NCBI GenBank assembly: GCA_002269645.1
Contig: NIVC01000482.1
Coordinates: forward strand, 248,001 to 312,000
Length of the DNA: 64,000 bases
Direction: 5' to 3'
DNA from: Macrostomum lignano
Taxonomy: Eukaryota
The notes under the pieces were generated by a model. It had not been told where the DNA came from. It ran no database searches and saw nothing but the letters and a program-made list of their open reading frames with translations. The translations under genes and the position numbers were made by a program. Positions 12,265 through 23,992 of this stretch are shown one piece after another. The stretch's first letter is position 1. Every line of letters starts with the position of its first letter.

Positions 12265-12768
12265 CAGAGCGTCCCTCTCCCTCTCCCTCTCTCTAATTCT
12301 CTACTCTTACAAGTACATGTAATCTCTTCCTCGCCCCCGGGGGGGGGGCAGCTTAGGGGCCACGTCCCCCATTAAAAGCTATATGGGGGGGGGAATATGC
12401 CGATGCTTTGCCCCACCTACCCATTGTGGAAATCAATGATTTATTTTAGAGCTGTAAAATATAGCACCTGCGCGCATGAGCCACCCAAAATGAATGGCCG
12501 CGGCGCTAATAAAATTTGAGTGCCTGCGGCGCCAAAAAAATTAGTGACTGCGTCGCCAAAATGAGTGACTCCGAAGCCAAATGAGTGCTGGGCAGCACCG
12601 ATTCGCAAAATAGTGTAAATGTGTAGGAAATCTCTTCTGTAAGACAATACACAGGCACAGCCACACCAATTCTACTTCTCCACCTTTTTGAGTGGCTAAC
12701 AAACACTCGCAAACACTTGCCGGATAGTTGCTCGCTACACTCACCAAAAATTCATGACGACGCCCCTG
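12265..12768. mobile_element. hAT-like MITE family A, copy 1
   Basis: Right TIR TGACGACGCCCCTG, degenerate left end CAGAGCGTC, 8-bp TSD GTCCTTAC/GTCCTTGC. Interior homologous to 31427-32163. Confidence 0.7.
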
Positions 12769-13236
12769 GTCCTTGCCTTTTTATATAAAATTATAAGCTC
12801 TATTGATATTCATATAGAGCTTTTATTTTTGATCGTTTAAAAAATTTGTATTGACGTATACTATCTGTGTTGATTTGATATCCTACTGTACACTGGTACA
12901 TGTACATGTGTCTTAATTAGAATAAAAAAATTGTAACAGAAAATAAAGGCACATAGTGTGTGCAACGTCTGACTATGAGAAAAGTTAGCGCCGCACTGTA
13001 TACACCCTGTTTCTGTAGACTATATATAGTGTATTTTCTACTGTCTGGCTAAAGATCGACTTCACGTCGTCTTTGATTTTTGAGCGCCAAAAAAGTCCCA
13101 ACGGCAAGCTCATAAAATACGAATATAGAGAAATGCAGCGCTACCGAACTAATAATTTCCATCTATATTTTTATTAAACTGGTGAAGAAACTATATGTAA
13201 AATTGTAGTTAGCCTTAGTAGACGTCAAACTAATAG

Positions 13237-16200
13237 CTAGATTTTCATCTTGTAAACGGACATAAAACCGTCGCCTCCGCACGGCTCCGCCGTCTGGTCC
13301 TCCTCGCCCGGGCACCGGTTGTCGCAGTCATATTCAGTGCCTTGCCCAATCAGTCCGAAGTTGTTGCTGCAAAAGCATTGCAGTATCTTTTTGTCGGCGG
13401 GATCGGTTCGAATAGCAAAATATTTCGTGGCGAATATTGTACACTTGGAGCTGCACTTGTCTTTGTTCATCCTGCGGCCATCTCCGCCTGAAATTGGCGT
13501 AATAGAATATTTAGGCCTCAGTTTATAAAACCAATGTTGAAATGGATTCAGTGTAGTTCACAATCAAACGCTTAACAAGTCTTTATTCAGGAACTTTCCA
13601 AGATCTTGCCTTACAACAATCAAACATGCCAGAATACTGTCAATTCAATGTTAATAAAATGCATACACCAAATTTCCATTCTTAGTAAGTCCGGAGACGG
13701 AAAACACTTTTTACCTCAAGGGCCACGCGGAGAACCTAGCGCATGACTGCGGCCCAGAGGAGGGGAGAAAGGAGAAAGAATAGGGAAGAGAGAAGAGAGA
13801 TAGGAGAAAGGAGAGACGAGGGAATGAAGGGGAAGAAAGGAGACGAGAGGAGAGAAGAGGAGAAAAGAGAGAAGAGAGGAGAGAGAAGAGGGGGAGGAGA
13901 GAGAAGAGGGAGAGAGAAGAGGGAGAGGAGAGAGGAGAGGAGAGAGGAGAGGAGAAGAGAGGAGAAGAGAGGAGAAGAGAGAGGAGAGAATAGAGGAGAG
14001 GAGAGAAGAGACGAGAGGAGAGAGGAGAGAAGAGACGAGAAGAGAGGAGAGGAGAGAGAAGAGAAGAGGGAGAGAAGAGAGGAGAAGAGAGGAGACAGAA
14101 GAGGGAGAGACAGAAGAGGGAGAGAGAGAAGAGGGAGAGGAGAAGAGAGAAGAGAAGAGACGAGAAGAGAGGAGAGGAGAGAGAAGAGAAGAGAGAGAGG
14201 AGAGAGGAGAGGAGCATAGAGAGAAAAGGGCAGAGAGGGATTAGAGAGAGGGGAGCTGAGAAGAGAGAAACCCTGAGCGGGCCGGATTGCTATTTGTGTT
14301 GTTGCTAGTGCTATTAAAGGACAGATGGACGGATAGGGAGACTGCGGGCCGCTGGGTCTAAGAAAGTCAAGCCTCAATCGAACACTCAACATTGTTGCGC
14401 AGGTAAATGCAAGCTCAATGCAGTTTACATATCTGGTATCCCGATATTAAATGCCCAGACACTACAGTAGAATTCTTTCACCTATAAAATACAGGCCCCT
14501 GTCAATCTTGTCCTGATTGTCATGGTAGCAGCCCTGAGGCGCGTAGCCGCTCTTTGGCGGCTCAGAGGCCGTTGGACTCGCCCCGGGAGGTGTTTTCGTA
14601 GGATTCGCCAACCTGTAGGCGCCGCGCGTGAGCTTGGCGGTGCCGACCACGGCGGTTTTCACACCGGATGCTGCTGTTTTTATGCCAGACCAGGCCCAGC
14701 CGACAGGAGCGAGTGGATCTGTCAGTAGGTTTGAGCACAGGTATGCGTTTAGCGACTTAAAGTATCGATCAAGGTAAACATTAACAGGGTATAAAACAAG
14801 GTACTCAAGTGGAAGGACGGGACACAATACGTTTCTTGGAAAATGCATTACGGAGATAAGAAGTTTGCATTTTTTCAGCACAAAAATTGTTATTGCTTTC
14901 GATAGACGATAGTAGGAGACAGACTCAATATTCATCTTTTGATATGTTGTGCCTTTCGTTTATCTCTATTGATATTCATAAAGCTTTTCGTTAAGAAAAA
15001 TAGGACTCTATGCTATTTTGTATTCTACGTACAATTGTGCATGTCCTGTCCCTACGAGTAAAAGCCATTAAAATGGCATATGGCTCGGCTCATTGGTTTT
15101 ATGAATCTATTTTATTATTCTTAGCTGACTGTGTAACAATATGTGTAACAGAGATGGTAAAATAGATTCACAAAAGTAAAACCAATGACTCGAGCTGTGC
15201 CATGCATTTTCATTTCTTCTACTAGAGTAGTCCCTTGGTATAAACTTAGTTCACTGAAACAACCCATCCCCGCGCAGCAATCCGACGTTCCCGAAAGTCT
15301 ATCGACGTCGCTGTCAAATATGCACTTCTACATTACATCGACTTTCTTCCGTATTTCGTAAAGTACATATACTTGCCTATGCGATCACTATGTCAAACAA
15401 CCGGTGTCAATAATAGTGTGGCGACCCTCGCCTTCCCGTTGGGTCTGCGGACCACCCTGCAGCTAGGTCAAGTGATCGTCAAGTGCTAAATAAACATATC
15501 CTTATCAAAACCCTTGGGTCGTGGTCTTTAACTGGATATAAATTAATCGCGGAAATCTGATACCGAATTCTAGAAGTTTTGAAACTTAAAACTAGTATTT
15601 TTCACTTCTGTTGTGTTGAAACCGGTAATTTACCAAGAAAGAATTCATAATGATTTCTATTGTCACGCACATGTAGAGCTGTGACGTTGTCAGTTTAAGG
15701 TGGTCCCGCAAAAGGGCCGTTGGACTACAATTTCACTACAATTTCTCATTTAATATTCTCCAATCGTGTATTCTCACGTTTACTTGTAGTAGCGCCCAAC
15801 GAATCTGTATCAATTGCTAATCATTGCGTACATTGTAATCTTTGCGTACGTCTGTAGGGTCTCGCGCGATCAATAATTTCAGTTCTCGCTTTTCCCCCCG
15901 CCAGCCAATGATAACTCTCCGCATATATTATGCTAACCCTCCTGCGCTCCTTTATTAACCCCGCCTGTCTCACGCCTTTCTCTCACGCCTCCTTTCGCTC
16001 TCCTTCGTTCACTCCTCCTCCTCTCTCTCCTTATCTCTCGCCACGGCCCCACCCTGTCTGGGCCAGACTTGTTTATGCAATCGTGCTCCACCTTGTACTG
16101 CCACGGGCTAGCGCCCAATCACGCCACTACTTGTCTACTTGCTACTCACTGCCACCACCGTACTCAGCGCCATCACTTGCTACTTTGCTTCACCATCATC

Positions 16201-16686
16201 CTTCATCATCTGCTTGACTTCATAACTTCAATTACATCGACCCGTTGTTGCAGCCGCCAGTGCCCCAGAACGCTATAACTCTTGTATTGACATTAATCAT
16301 ATTGACAACGACAATAAACGGTTTACGGCAGTCCTCTGCCATCATACGCCAAGTGCTTCCGCTACACAACCCACTCCGCAAGAGTTTGACTTCACCATTA
16401 ATTTGGGACTACAACGACTACAAAAACGTGACAGAGCAATACATTACACTTGAGAATAAGGCCTCTGTAAAAATGTAGTTATTTTTTCAATTTTTTTGGG
16501 TCAGAACAGTGTGTCTAGCTCACGAATCAGAACTCGATTAAGTACAATTCTTCTCAGCGACTTACCAACCAAAACGCACGCATCGCCTTGTCCGACGCAA
16601 CCGCCCAGCAGCGTCATCAACGCGCATGCCAACCAAAATTTGAAGCTCCACACTGGCAATTGTAGAGCCCTATTGTGTGATGACAT
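13237..16686 (-). CDS. Secreted WSC-domain protein, about 202 aa (exons 16686-16566, 14718-14482, 13487-13237)
   Basis: GT-AG introns with matching phase 1/1; spliced length 609 nt. Hydrophobic signal-like N-terminus. C-terminal WSC domain with 8 Cys (GCYHD...CSSKC...YF...CFC...CDNRC...CGG...SVY). Confidence 0.75.
13750..14270 (+). repeat. AG-rich low-complexity tract in WSC gene intron
   Basis: (GAGAG/GAGAA)n visible. Confidence 0.95.
14797..15237. mobile_element. hAT-like MITE family B, copy 1 (internally deleted)
   Basis: Ends CAAGG...CCTTG; 8-bp TSD GTATAAAA/GTATAAAC; interior matches 32605-33026 and 47917-48580. Confidence 0.75.
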
Positions 16687-18622
16687 TACTCAGTCTAACT
16701 TCGTGGTCATGGGGAAGCTTGCACACAGAGCATCGTTACTTGCATTTATTAATACTTTTATTACCGTATTATCAACTTCTCAAGGCTTGAATTTAATGTT
16801 ACCTATAGCAACTGTCTGTGGTAGCTCTTGATTTCTTCACTTAATTTTGCAATTTTTACATCCTGAAGTGCACATGGTCGAATTTATTCGTAGTAACTAT
16901 ATATCGTTCGTACTTTTGCGACCTTAATTGACACAAATTAATTTAAAAAATATCAAGTTCCTCTTCTATCAATTCTGTTTTTTTCTGTTTTAATTGTTTC
17001 CGAGCTCATGGTCTCTGGCATATATACTTTGGCATGTATTGTAACAGAGAAATGTCGTGACTTCATGGGTTCTTGCATGTGGATTTCAGCTGCTTTTAGC
17101 TCTAATGCTGATCGAACTGTCTACATGTTCTGGCAAGGTCATTGGGCTTGCTGCCTGGCAGGTTTTGCCGCGTTGCATGAGAGCTGTGTCTGCCCGATCG
17201 CCGCATCAATAGCAGCTGGTGGGCCCGCTGTTGTTAGGCTGTCAGGGCCCCTCTAGCTGACTAGTCGACGAAGATGATTGACACGGAGCGCTGGTGGGTC
17301 TTGCAGCAGGCCTCGATCGATACCACTAAGACTATACACAAAATATATAAAGAAGGCGTGTCATATTACAGCTGCAGCCTCAGTATTGCCGGATGATTAG
17401 CATTCCATCTCATCAATTAGCTTAAGCTTTCTCAAACTTCTCAAACCGTATTCCTGATCCGGAACATGGTTCAAGAACCAATTCTGAAAACGGAACAGAC
17501 AATATATAAAAAGCCTATAGGCTTGCTGCTATGCCCCACGAGGATTGCAGTGAAAAGCATGAAAATTTTTATATACTGCCCAGATAAACAAAAACTGATT
17601 TAGAGCTAAACATTCGTTAATAAGATATTTTTAAAAGGTGTTTTTGTTAAAAATCTTACTTTTTTTGTAGAAATTTCGAATGAATTGCAAATTTGGCAGT
17701 CGGGTGCCACTGGTTTGGTTTTGAATTTTAACTAACCGTTTATTTTAATAACCCTTTTAAACTGCTACAAACATTAATTTTCTTGTCCGCTCGCTGATTA
17801 TTTTTTGTCATTTTTCCGTCGATTGGAGGTCCAGCAAATGTTTTTTGTTATCCCATTCTGTGGAAAGGCAGTTTCCCCCCGCTGGAATTTTGTTTTATTT
17901 TTCATTTTTGCATGTTAGTAAGCCGTTCCATCCGTAGTATCCACGCCCGGGACTTTTGGTCCATTGGTGCGACCAGCGGCTGCCTCACTCGTTGACTGCG
18001 ACCTCCCTCATCAATACGGCCCATGATGTGCCGCCTAATGTTAGTTTGTTCTGCGGTTTCCATGTTTTCCCGTTTTTTGTCGTTTTGTTCCCTCGCGCGT
18101 TTTGTTCTGCGTTTTGCCAGTTTAGTTCAACTTTACTTTTAACTAGCCTTTGCGCACCGGCGCCCGCGAATATCATCTTCGTTTTAAACATAATCCGTAG
18201 CAATAAGTTTAATTAGTAATAGCATTATTATTAAATTTTCTTTAATAAGCCTGCTGATTTAATAATAAACAATACCTAAATAAACTTTAACACCCTATTT
18301 ATTTGTTGAAGTTAAGCCATAGTATTGCTTGAGTCATTTGCCCGTGGGGCGTAAAATAACCAAAGATCTCATCTCAAAGAAAGCTCTGAGACAATTATTC
18401 GTTCCGTAATACGTAAATTACGGTGGTGGCAGCAACTTACCCTACTGAAAGTAACAAGCTCAGCAAATTCGACACAGTAATTCACGGTGTCAGGATCTCC
18501 GGTGCTCATCATCTACTGAACGACCGTGCCGCTCTTACGACCGCTCCACTACGATTACGACTACCCTCCCCCCGGACTTGAGAACGCGGCTGTCGGAGTA
18601 AAACAGGAGAAAGTAATTCGTT

Positions 18623-20389
18623 GTGATTCCTCTGCGCGATTTTCCGGATTCATTCGTTCGAACGCAACGCCGACCGGCTTTCCAAGAAAACCCGAAGAAC
18701 CCAATTTCAAATCAAACACCAATTCCTAATTTTGATACAAGACAGCTTTGGCGCTTACTGAAACCACATAACCGCTCCAATAACAATGCAGCAATTGACG
18801 AAAACTTTGAGAAACATTTCCAAAACCTTGTTACTGAGCAGAATAGCAATATTAGACTTTCATACAACCTACACCTAGACAGCCCTACTCTAGCTGGTCT
18901 AGAGCACTTCAATGCCCCCTTCACTAAAGATGAAGTTATAAGACATATCAAAAAGCTCAAAGTCGACAAAGCACCAGGTCAAGATAAAGTCTACGTAGAA
19001 ACCCTACAATACCTTGAGAATAAACTCTCTGACTTCCTATGTTCACTCTTCAATGAAATTCTTAAACAGCAAACCTTCCCAACCAGTTGGATAACCAATA
19101 CACTTTGCCCAATTTACGAAAACAAAGGCAACAAAAATGACCCCAATAATTATAGAGGTATATGCATCCAACCCATTCTTGGCAAGCTGCTCTGCCAAAT
19201 AATCAAATCAAGACTTGAAAAACTAGCACACTCAAACGACCTCATCTCAAAATACCAATATGGTTTCAAGCCCAATCACAGCACAATCGACCAGTGTTTC
19301 AACCTTTATAACATTATTAATCAATCTATGTCTAGCAAAGAGGAACTTTTTATTGGGTTTGTTGACTACGAAAAAGCTTTCGATAGCCTAAACCAACCAA
19401 CCCTCTGGCACAAAGTTGATAACCAGGGGATAAAGGGTCAAATGATGGAACTTATTGAAAACATGCATGAAAATGCATGCTTCATCCTGAAAAAAGATAA
19501 CAATGATGAAACCCAACCAATCAGAATTTCTAAAGGAGTCCTCCAAGGGAACCCCCTTTCTACTGTGCTTTTCGAGCTATATATCAATGATATTGTTGAA
19601 TACCTTGAGCTTGCTAGTCCCAGATACTCTTTCACTAGGCATACCTTCCCACGCATCCTTCTTTTCGCAGATGACCAAGCTATACTAGCAAAAAGCAAAG
19701 ATGAACTCCAAGACACTTTTAATAATATGGAAAATTACTGCAAACAAAACTACTTGAAAGTAAATGCGAGCAAAACAAAATTCATGCAAGGCTGCACTAG
19801 CCAGAAGACCAACATCGATAACACTGATAACAAAATATACTATGACCTTCAAGAAATTGAGAAAGTTAACGAATTTAAATACCTGGGAGTTATATTTGAG
19901 CCAAGAAACAGCTTCAAAAAATGTATTGAGCACCAGACTAGTCAGGGTTACACAGCTATGTTCTCCCTGCTCCACAAAGTAAAGAATACATCCCTCATGG
20001 ATATCACTCTCATTCGCAAACTATTTGACACCCTCGTTTCTCCTGTTATCACCTATGGTTGTGAACTTTGGGGACCCCTGGCCACCCTTTCCGACGCAAA
20101 TGCTATCGATAATATCCAATTAAAGTTCTACAAATACCTTCTTAACCTACCAAAATATGCGAGCAACAGTGTAATATCATCCGAACTCGAGCTCATACCA
20201 ATCTCTCAACAGATCGCAAAAACCTATCTTACTTACTGGCTAAAAATCAGACACAAAAAACTCTGTCCAACAACACTTGATATTTTTCACTCAAATACCA
20301 GCCAAAATAACCCTTGGGTAACAAATGTTCAAAAGAAACTGAAAAGTATAGACCTCGAGACACTATACAAAGATAAAACCCCCAATTAA
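18623..20389 (+). pseudogene. LINE reverse transcriptase (ORF2 remnant)
   Basis: Motifs KAPGQD, NYRGI, QYGFKPNHSTID, DYEKAFDSL, GVLQGNPLSTVLF, LLFADD, KVNASKTKFM, YLGV. No APE domain upstream. Confidence 0.93.
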
Positions 20390-20412
20390 GTTTTAACAAT
20401 GAGAAACTTCCA

Positions 20413-20838
20413 GTGAAAAAGCAACTGCACATGTATAGAGAAAGAGAACTAAGCCGAAAGCTAGACAACCAGCACCATATTAAATATTACAAAAGCGCTT
20501 ACTTAGTCAAAAAAACCTGCAGACCTGTCCTCTCAAATTACTTTCCAAGTCTATTTAGAAACAAAAAATACCTAACGACCCTTCTGAAACTGAAATGTGA
20601 ACTCACGCCCAAGGCATTCTCTCAGGAAGCTTGTGGACTCTGTGGAGCAAGAAATGGAGCCGATATTCTCCACTACCTAAGTGAGTGCCCACAAACACTA
20701 GAAATTAGGAAAAAATACTTTTCTCAATACCTTCTAGATGCCACACACATGCATAAAATAGGGTATGCCACAAATGAAAAAAGAGTCAGAAAAGAGCTCT
20801 CCGGAGTAGCCAAAATTTACGATGTCATGTACAGCTAA
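20413..20838 (+). pseudogene. LINE ORF2 C-terminal part with C-x2-C-x9-H-x4-C motif
   Basis: CGLCGARNGADILHYLSEC; different frame from the RT ORF, implying a frameshift near 20385. Confidence 0.75.
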
Positions 20839-21524
20839 ATTTATTTGCATGAAATATATAACATGTTTATATACATACATAGCAGTTAAGTACTGAGTCC
20901 GCTTCTTACCCCCCCCCCACCTTCACGTTTTCAAAAAATCTAGATCTTTTTTAAAATGCTATTGTAATTACGGTTATATGCTTTGATATTGGCATAAAGT
21001 AGTTATTTTTTTTCTTTTCTTTTGGATTTTTCGTTCGAACTTCATTCGCAACTTATCGTAATCAAAGTAATCTCGCAATTAAAGCTATACCTCGTAATTC
21101 GTACTCATTTTTTAGTATTAATACTCGTTGTTAGTTGATAGTCGTCACTTTTCGTCCAAAAATACCGTAGAAATTCTGGCGCGCTTTCAAATACTTTATC
21201 TTTTTCAATAACTCAAGTGACACCATACTTGTCTTTTAATTCCTTACTTAAATACTTTTTGCTTTGTTTGCCGTTAAAGATTTTTGAAGTTTCGTAGAAA
21301 AAAAAATTGGCGCCCTTTCAAATACTATATTATTGTAAAACTCGCCGCACAGATCCCATTCTATCGAAATAATATTAATATTAAATACACTGACATATAC
21401 TGGCCAAACAGGCTTCTTGCCTGAGCCAAACTTACTACTACTACTACTACAACTCGTCAAATCGTCGTCAAATCGTCTTTATAAACTTCTATTTAGAAAA
21501 TTTTTCCAAATACATAGCTCTATA

Positions 21525-21586
21525 ATATATTGGCCAAACGGGCTAATTGCCTGAGCCAAATTCTTACTACTACTACTACTACTACT
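21525..21586 (+). mobile_element. Second, diverged LINE 3' tail
   Basis: TGGCCAAACGGGC-TAATT-GCCTGAGCCAAA followed by (TAC)n. Confidence 0.75.
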
Positions 21587-21950
21587 ATTTTTATTTCTCC
21601 ACCCCACCTCACAAAAAAAGAAGATTTTTGATCAAGCCGAGCCTAGACCTATCAAAAAATAATAAGCATGATATTAGACTAGACCAGCTATAATTTTTTA
21701 TTGTGACTGACAATTTTTTAAATCTTGCCTTGCCTGTTGGTCTAAACTTCAATGCAAACTTAAAAGCTTCCGTTATGGCTTATGCTGATTATCCTAATCA
21801 GTATTAGTATTAGTAGGCCTGGTTATTGTTGTTAAAAATAGCACTTTAAACACTAAAGATATAAAAGATAGGCCCTACTTTTAACACTTTAATTTAAATA
21901 TATTTTATGCATTTGCCAACATATCTTTCCATTTGGATTAGGATAATTGG

Positions 21951-22502
21951 TAGAGGTCGGATAAGATTGAAATCTTCGGGTGGGATTGGGATTGGGAATA
22001 ATTTTTTTTTATAATAATACCTATAGATATATTATATAGGTATTATATAGGTATATAGATATTATATAGATATATATAATATATAGATATATAGATATTA
22101 TATAGATATTATATAGGTATTATCATTATAATAATTTTTTTCTCAGGATCGGGATTGGGATCGGGATTTGAGAATCAAGATTGGGTCTTTTAGTGTATTG
22201 TCCATGTAAAGTTAAACTAAATTGAGAGAAGATTGTCAAGATCAAGAAGTAAACACAACAAAACATAACAAAAACACAATAAAATTGATATGAAGTTTTG
22301 TAACCAACAAAGTAAATAATGTAATGAGTATAAGTTAAAGCAAAATACCTTCAAGTAATCATTAATTCTATAAATTTTTAATCAAAAGACCTGTTCCTGA
22401 ATCTCAAGTTTTTTAGGGTCGGGATTCTGGTCCCATGGGAATTCAATTTTCTTTGGGATCCCGAGATTTTAGGATCGGGATTAAGATCCCATCCAACCTC
22501 TA
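21951..22502. mobile_element. hAT-like MITE family C
   Basis: TIR TAGAGGTCGGAT / ATCCAACCTCTA; perfect 8-bp TSD ATAATTGG (21943-21950, 22503-22510); subterminal GGATCGGGATT repeats. Confidence 0.85.
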
Positions 22503-23992
22503 ATAATTGGATCTGTTATATTATATCTATGGTCTTGGCTTGTTGAAACACTAGGCTATTCTAACAAGTCTAAGATTGAGGTCTAGGCCTAAGGTCTACT
22601 ATGTATGCACCAAAAGATCATCTATAGTTGTTTTTACACTAGCCATTTATGCCAATCCATTTTCTATTAATTCTTACACCAAACATTTATGCCAAGGCAA
22701 ATTAATTTTTGTTTAGAATTATGCTAGAGATTTCTAGCATAACTGTAACAAAACAGACTATGGCCTCTAAATTTGTAGTATATGCTTATAAGCCAATTGG
22801 AATTGTGGCCACTTTATTTAGTTTTAGACTTTACTTTAGTATGTGGCTACTTTAAAGAAAGATAGGCCCTCGCCCTTAGCTTTCAACCTCTTAATTATGA
22901 ATACTATTGCCTTGGCTGTTTCTAGCTCCTGGGGTTTAAAAAGATAATTGTATATAAATGCTATCTAAAACTAGATAGTTTGCAAATAAAATAAAATAAT
23001 TAATGAAAGAATTTCTATTTTTTTATTTTAGCCTTTCTTCTCCTTTAAACTAATAAGAAATAGGTTTGTCTTGTAGCCATATTGGTCTATAGCCATCTTG
23101 GTCCATTACAAAATTCATAAACATCTGAGTTATCAATGTGACAATCTAGGTTTTTGCAAGAGTCAATGTGTAAAATTGCACCTTGTACCTATTTCAGGGT
23201 ATAATTTTAAGGCTCAGAGTGCAATTTCTCTCATAAAAAAACTAGGATTATAGATAGGCCTATCTATAAATATTTTCTTATATTAAAAATATGCATTGAC
23301 CTATTGTCTTATTTTTAAAAATCTTATTCTAAGGCAATGCAAATAAGGCTTAAAAGGAAAATAAGTTGTAAGACTGCATTTAAACCATTCTAACTTTTTT
23401 AAATTTCAAGGTACAATTTCAAAATTCAGGGTATATATATATATACTATATATCTATAGGTATATCTATAAAAGTTGTACCTTTTTGATATTTAATAATC
23501 TTATAAGTTTTTACTTTATTATTTATAAAGTAAATATTTAAATATATATTTGAATATATAAATATATAAGGTTATATATAACATTAGGCCTATGATTGTG
23601 TACTATAATATCCAGGAACATTTGTAGCAATGGATGACTATAATAAAACAATTGATAGATTAATAAACTATGAAATAAAATAAACTATATTTTTAGGCTT
23701 TTGTTATTATTGAATTTTATGAAAAACTTGGTCATACTAGCCATATAATATAACAAGGCTGTGCATGTATGATTTAACTTATTTGTTGTCTTGAGCAATT
23801 GTTAAAATTATATAATATACTAGTGTAGTCTTACTATACTGGTTCTTACCATAGTCAAAGCTTGCCTAAAACAAGCAAGACATGTATTTACAATAGACAA
23901 TAAACATTTACAATGGTAAATAATGAACAATAAGAATTTAGATTTTGATTTCTTACAATTTTTTATATTGATTTGTTTGCCACTCATTCAAG

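Larger units (their letters stand above)
18623..21450 (+). mobile_element. Non-LTR retrotransposon (CR1/L2/RTE-X-like), lacking endonuclease
   Basis: RT ORF, frameshifted C-terminal CCHC region, AT-rich 3' UTR, hairpin CAGGC-TTCTT-GCCTG and (TAC)n tail ending about 21450. Confidence 0.85.

Noticed and set aside
15248-15533. Possible solo LTR (AGTT...TAACT with AATAAA)
   Set aside because: No TSD, no second copy in the window and no linked coding remnant.
16550-17200. Possible Helitron Rep/helicase remnant on + (QRLTNQNARIAL..., CSGKV)
   Set aside because: Similarity is too weak; 16566-16686 is better explained as the signal-peptide exon of the WSC gene on the minus strand.
18330-18620. LINE ORF1 remnant upstream of the RT
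   Set aside because: Only vague short resemblances, interrupted by stops; cannot be supported without a profile search.
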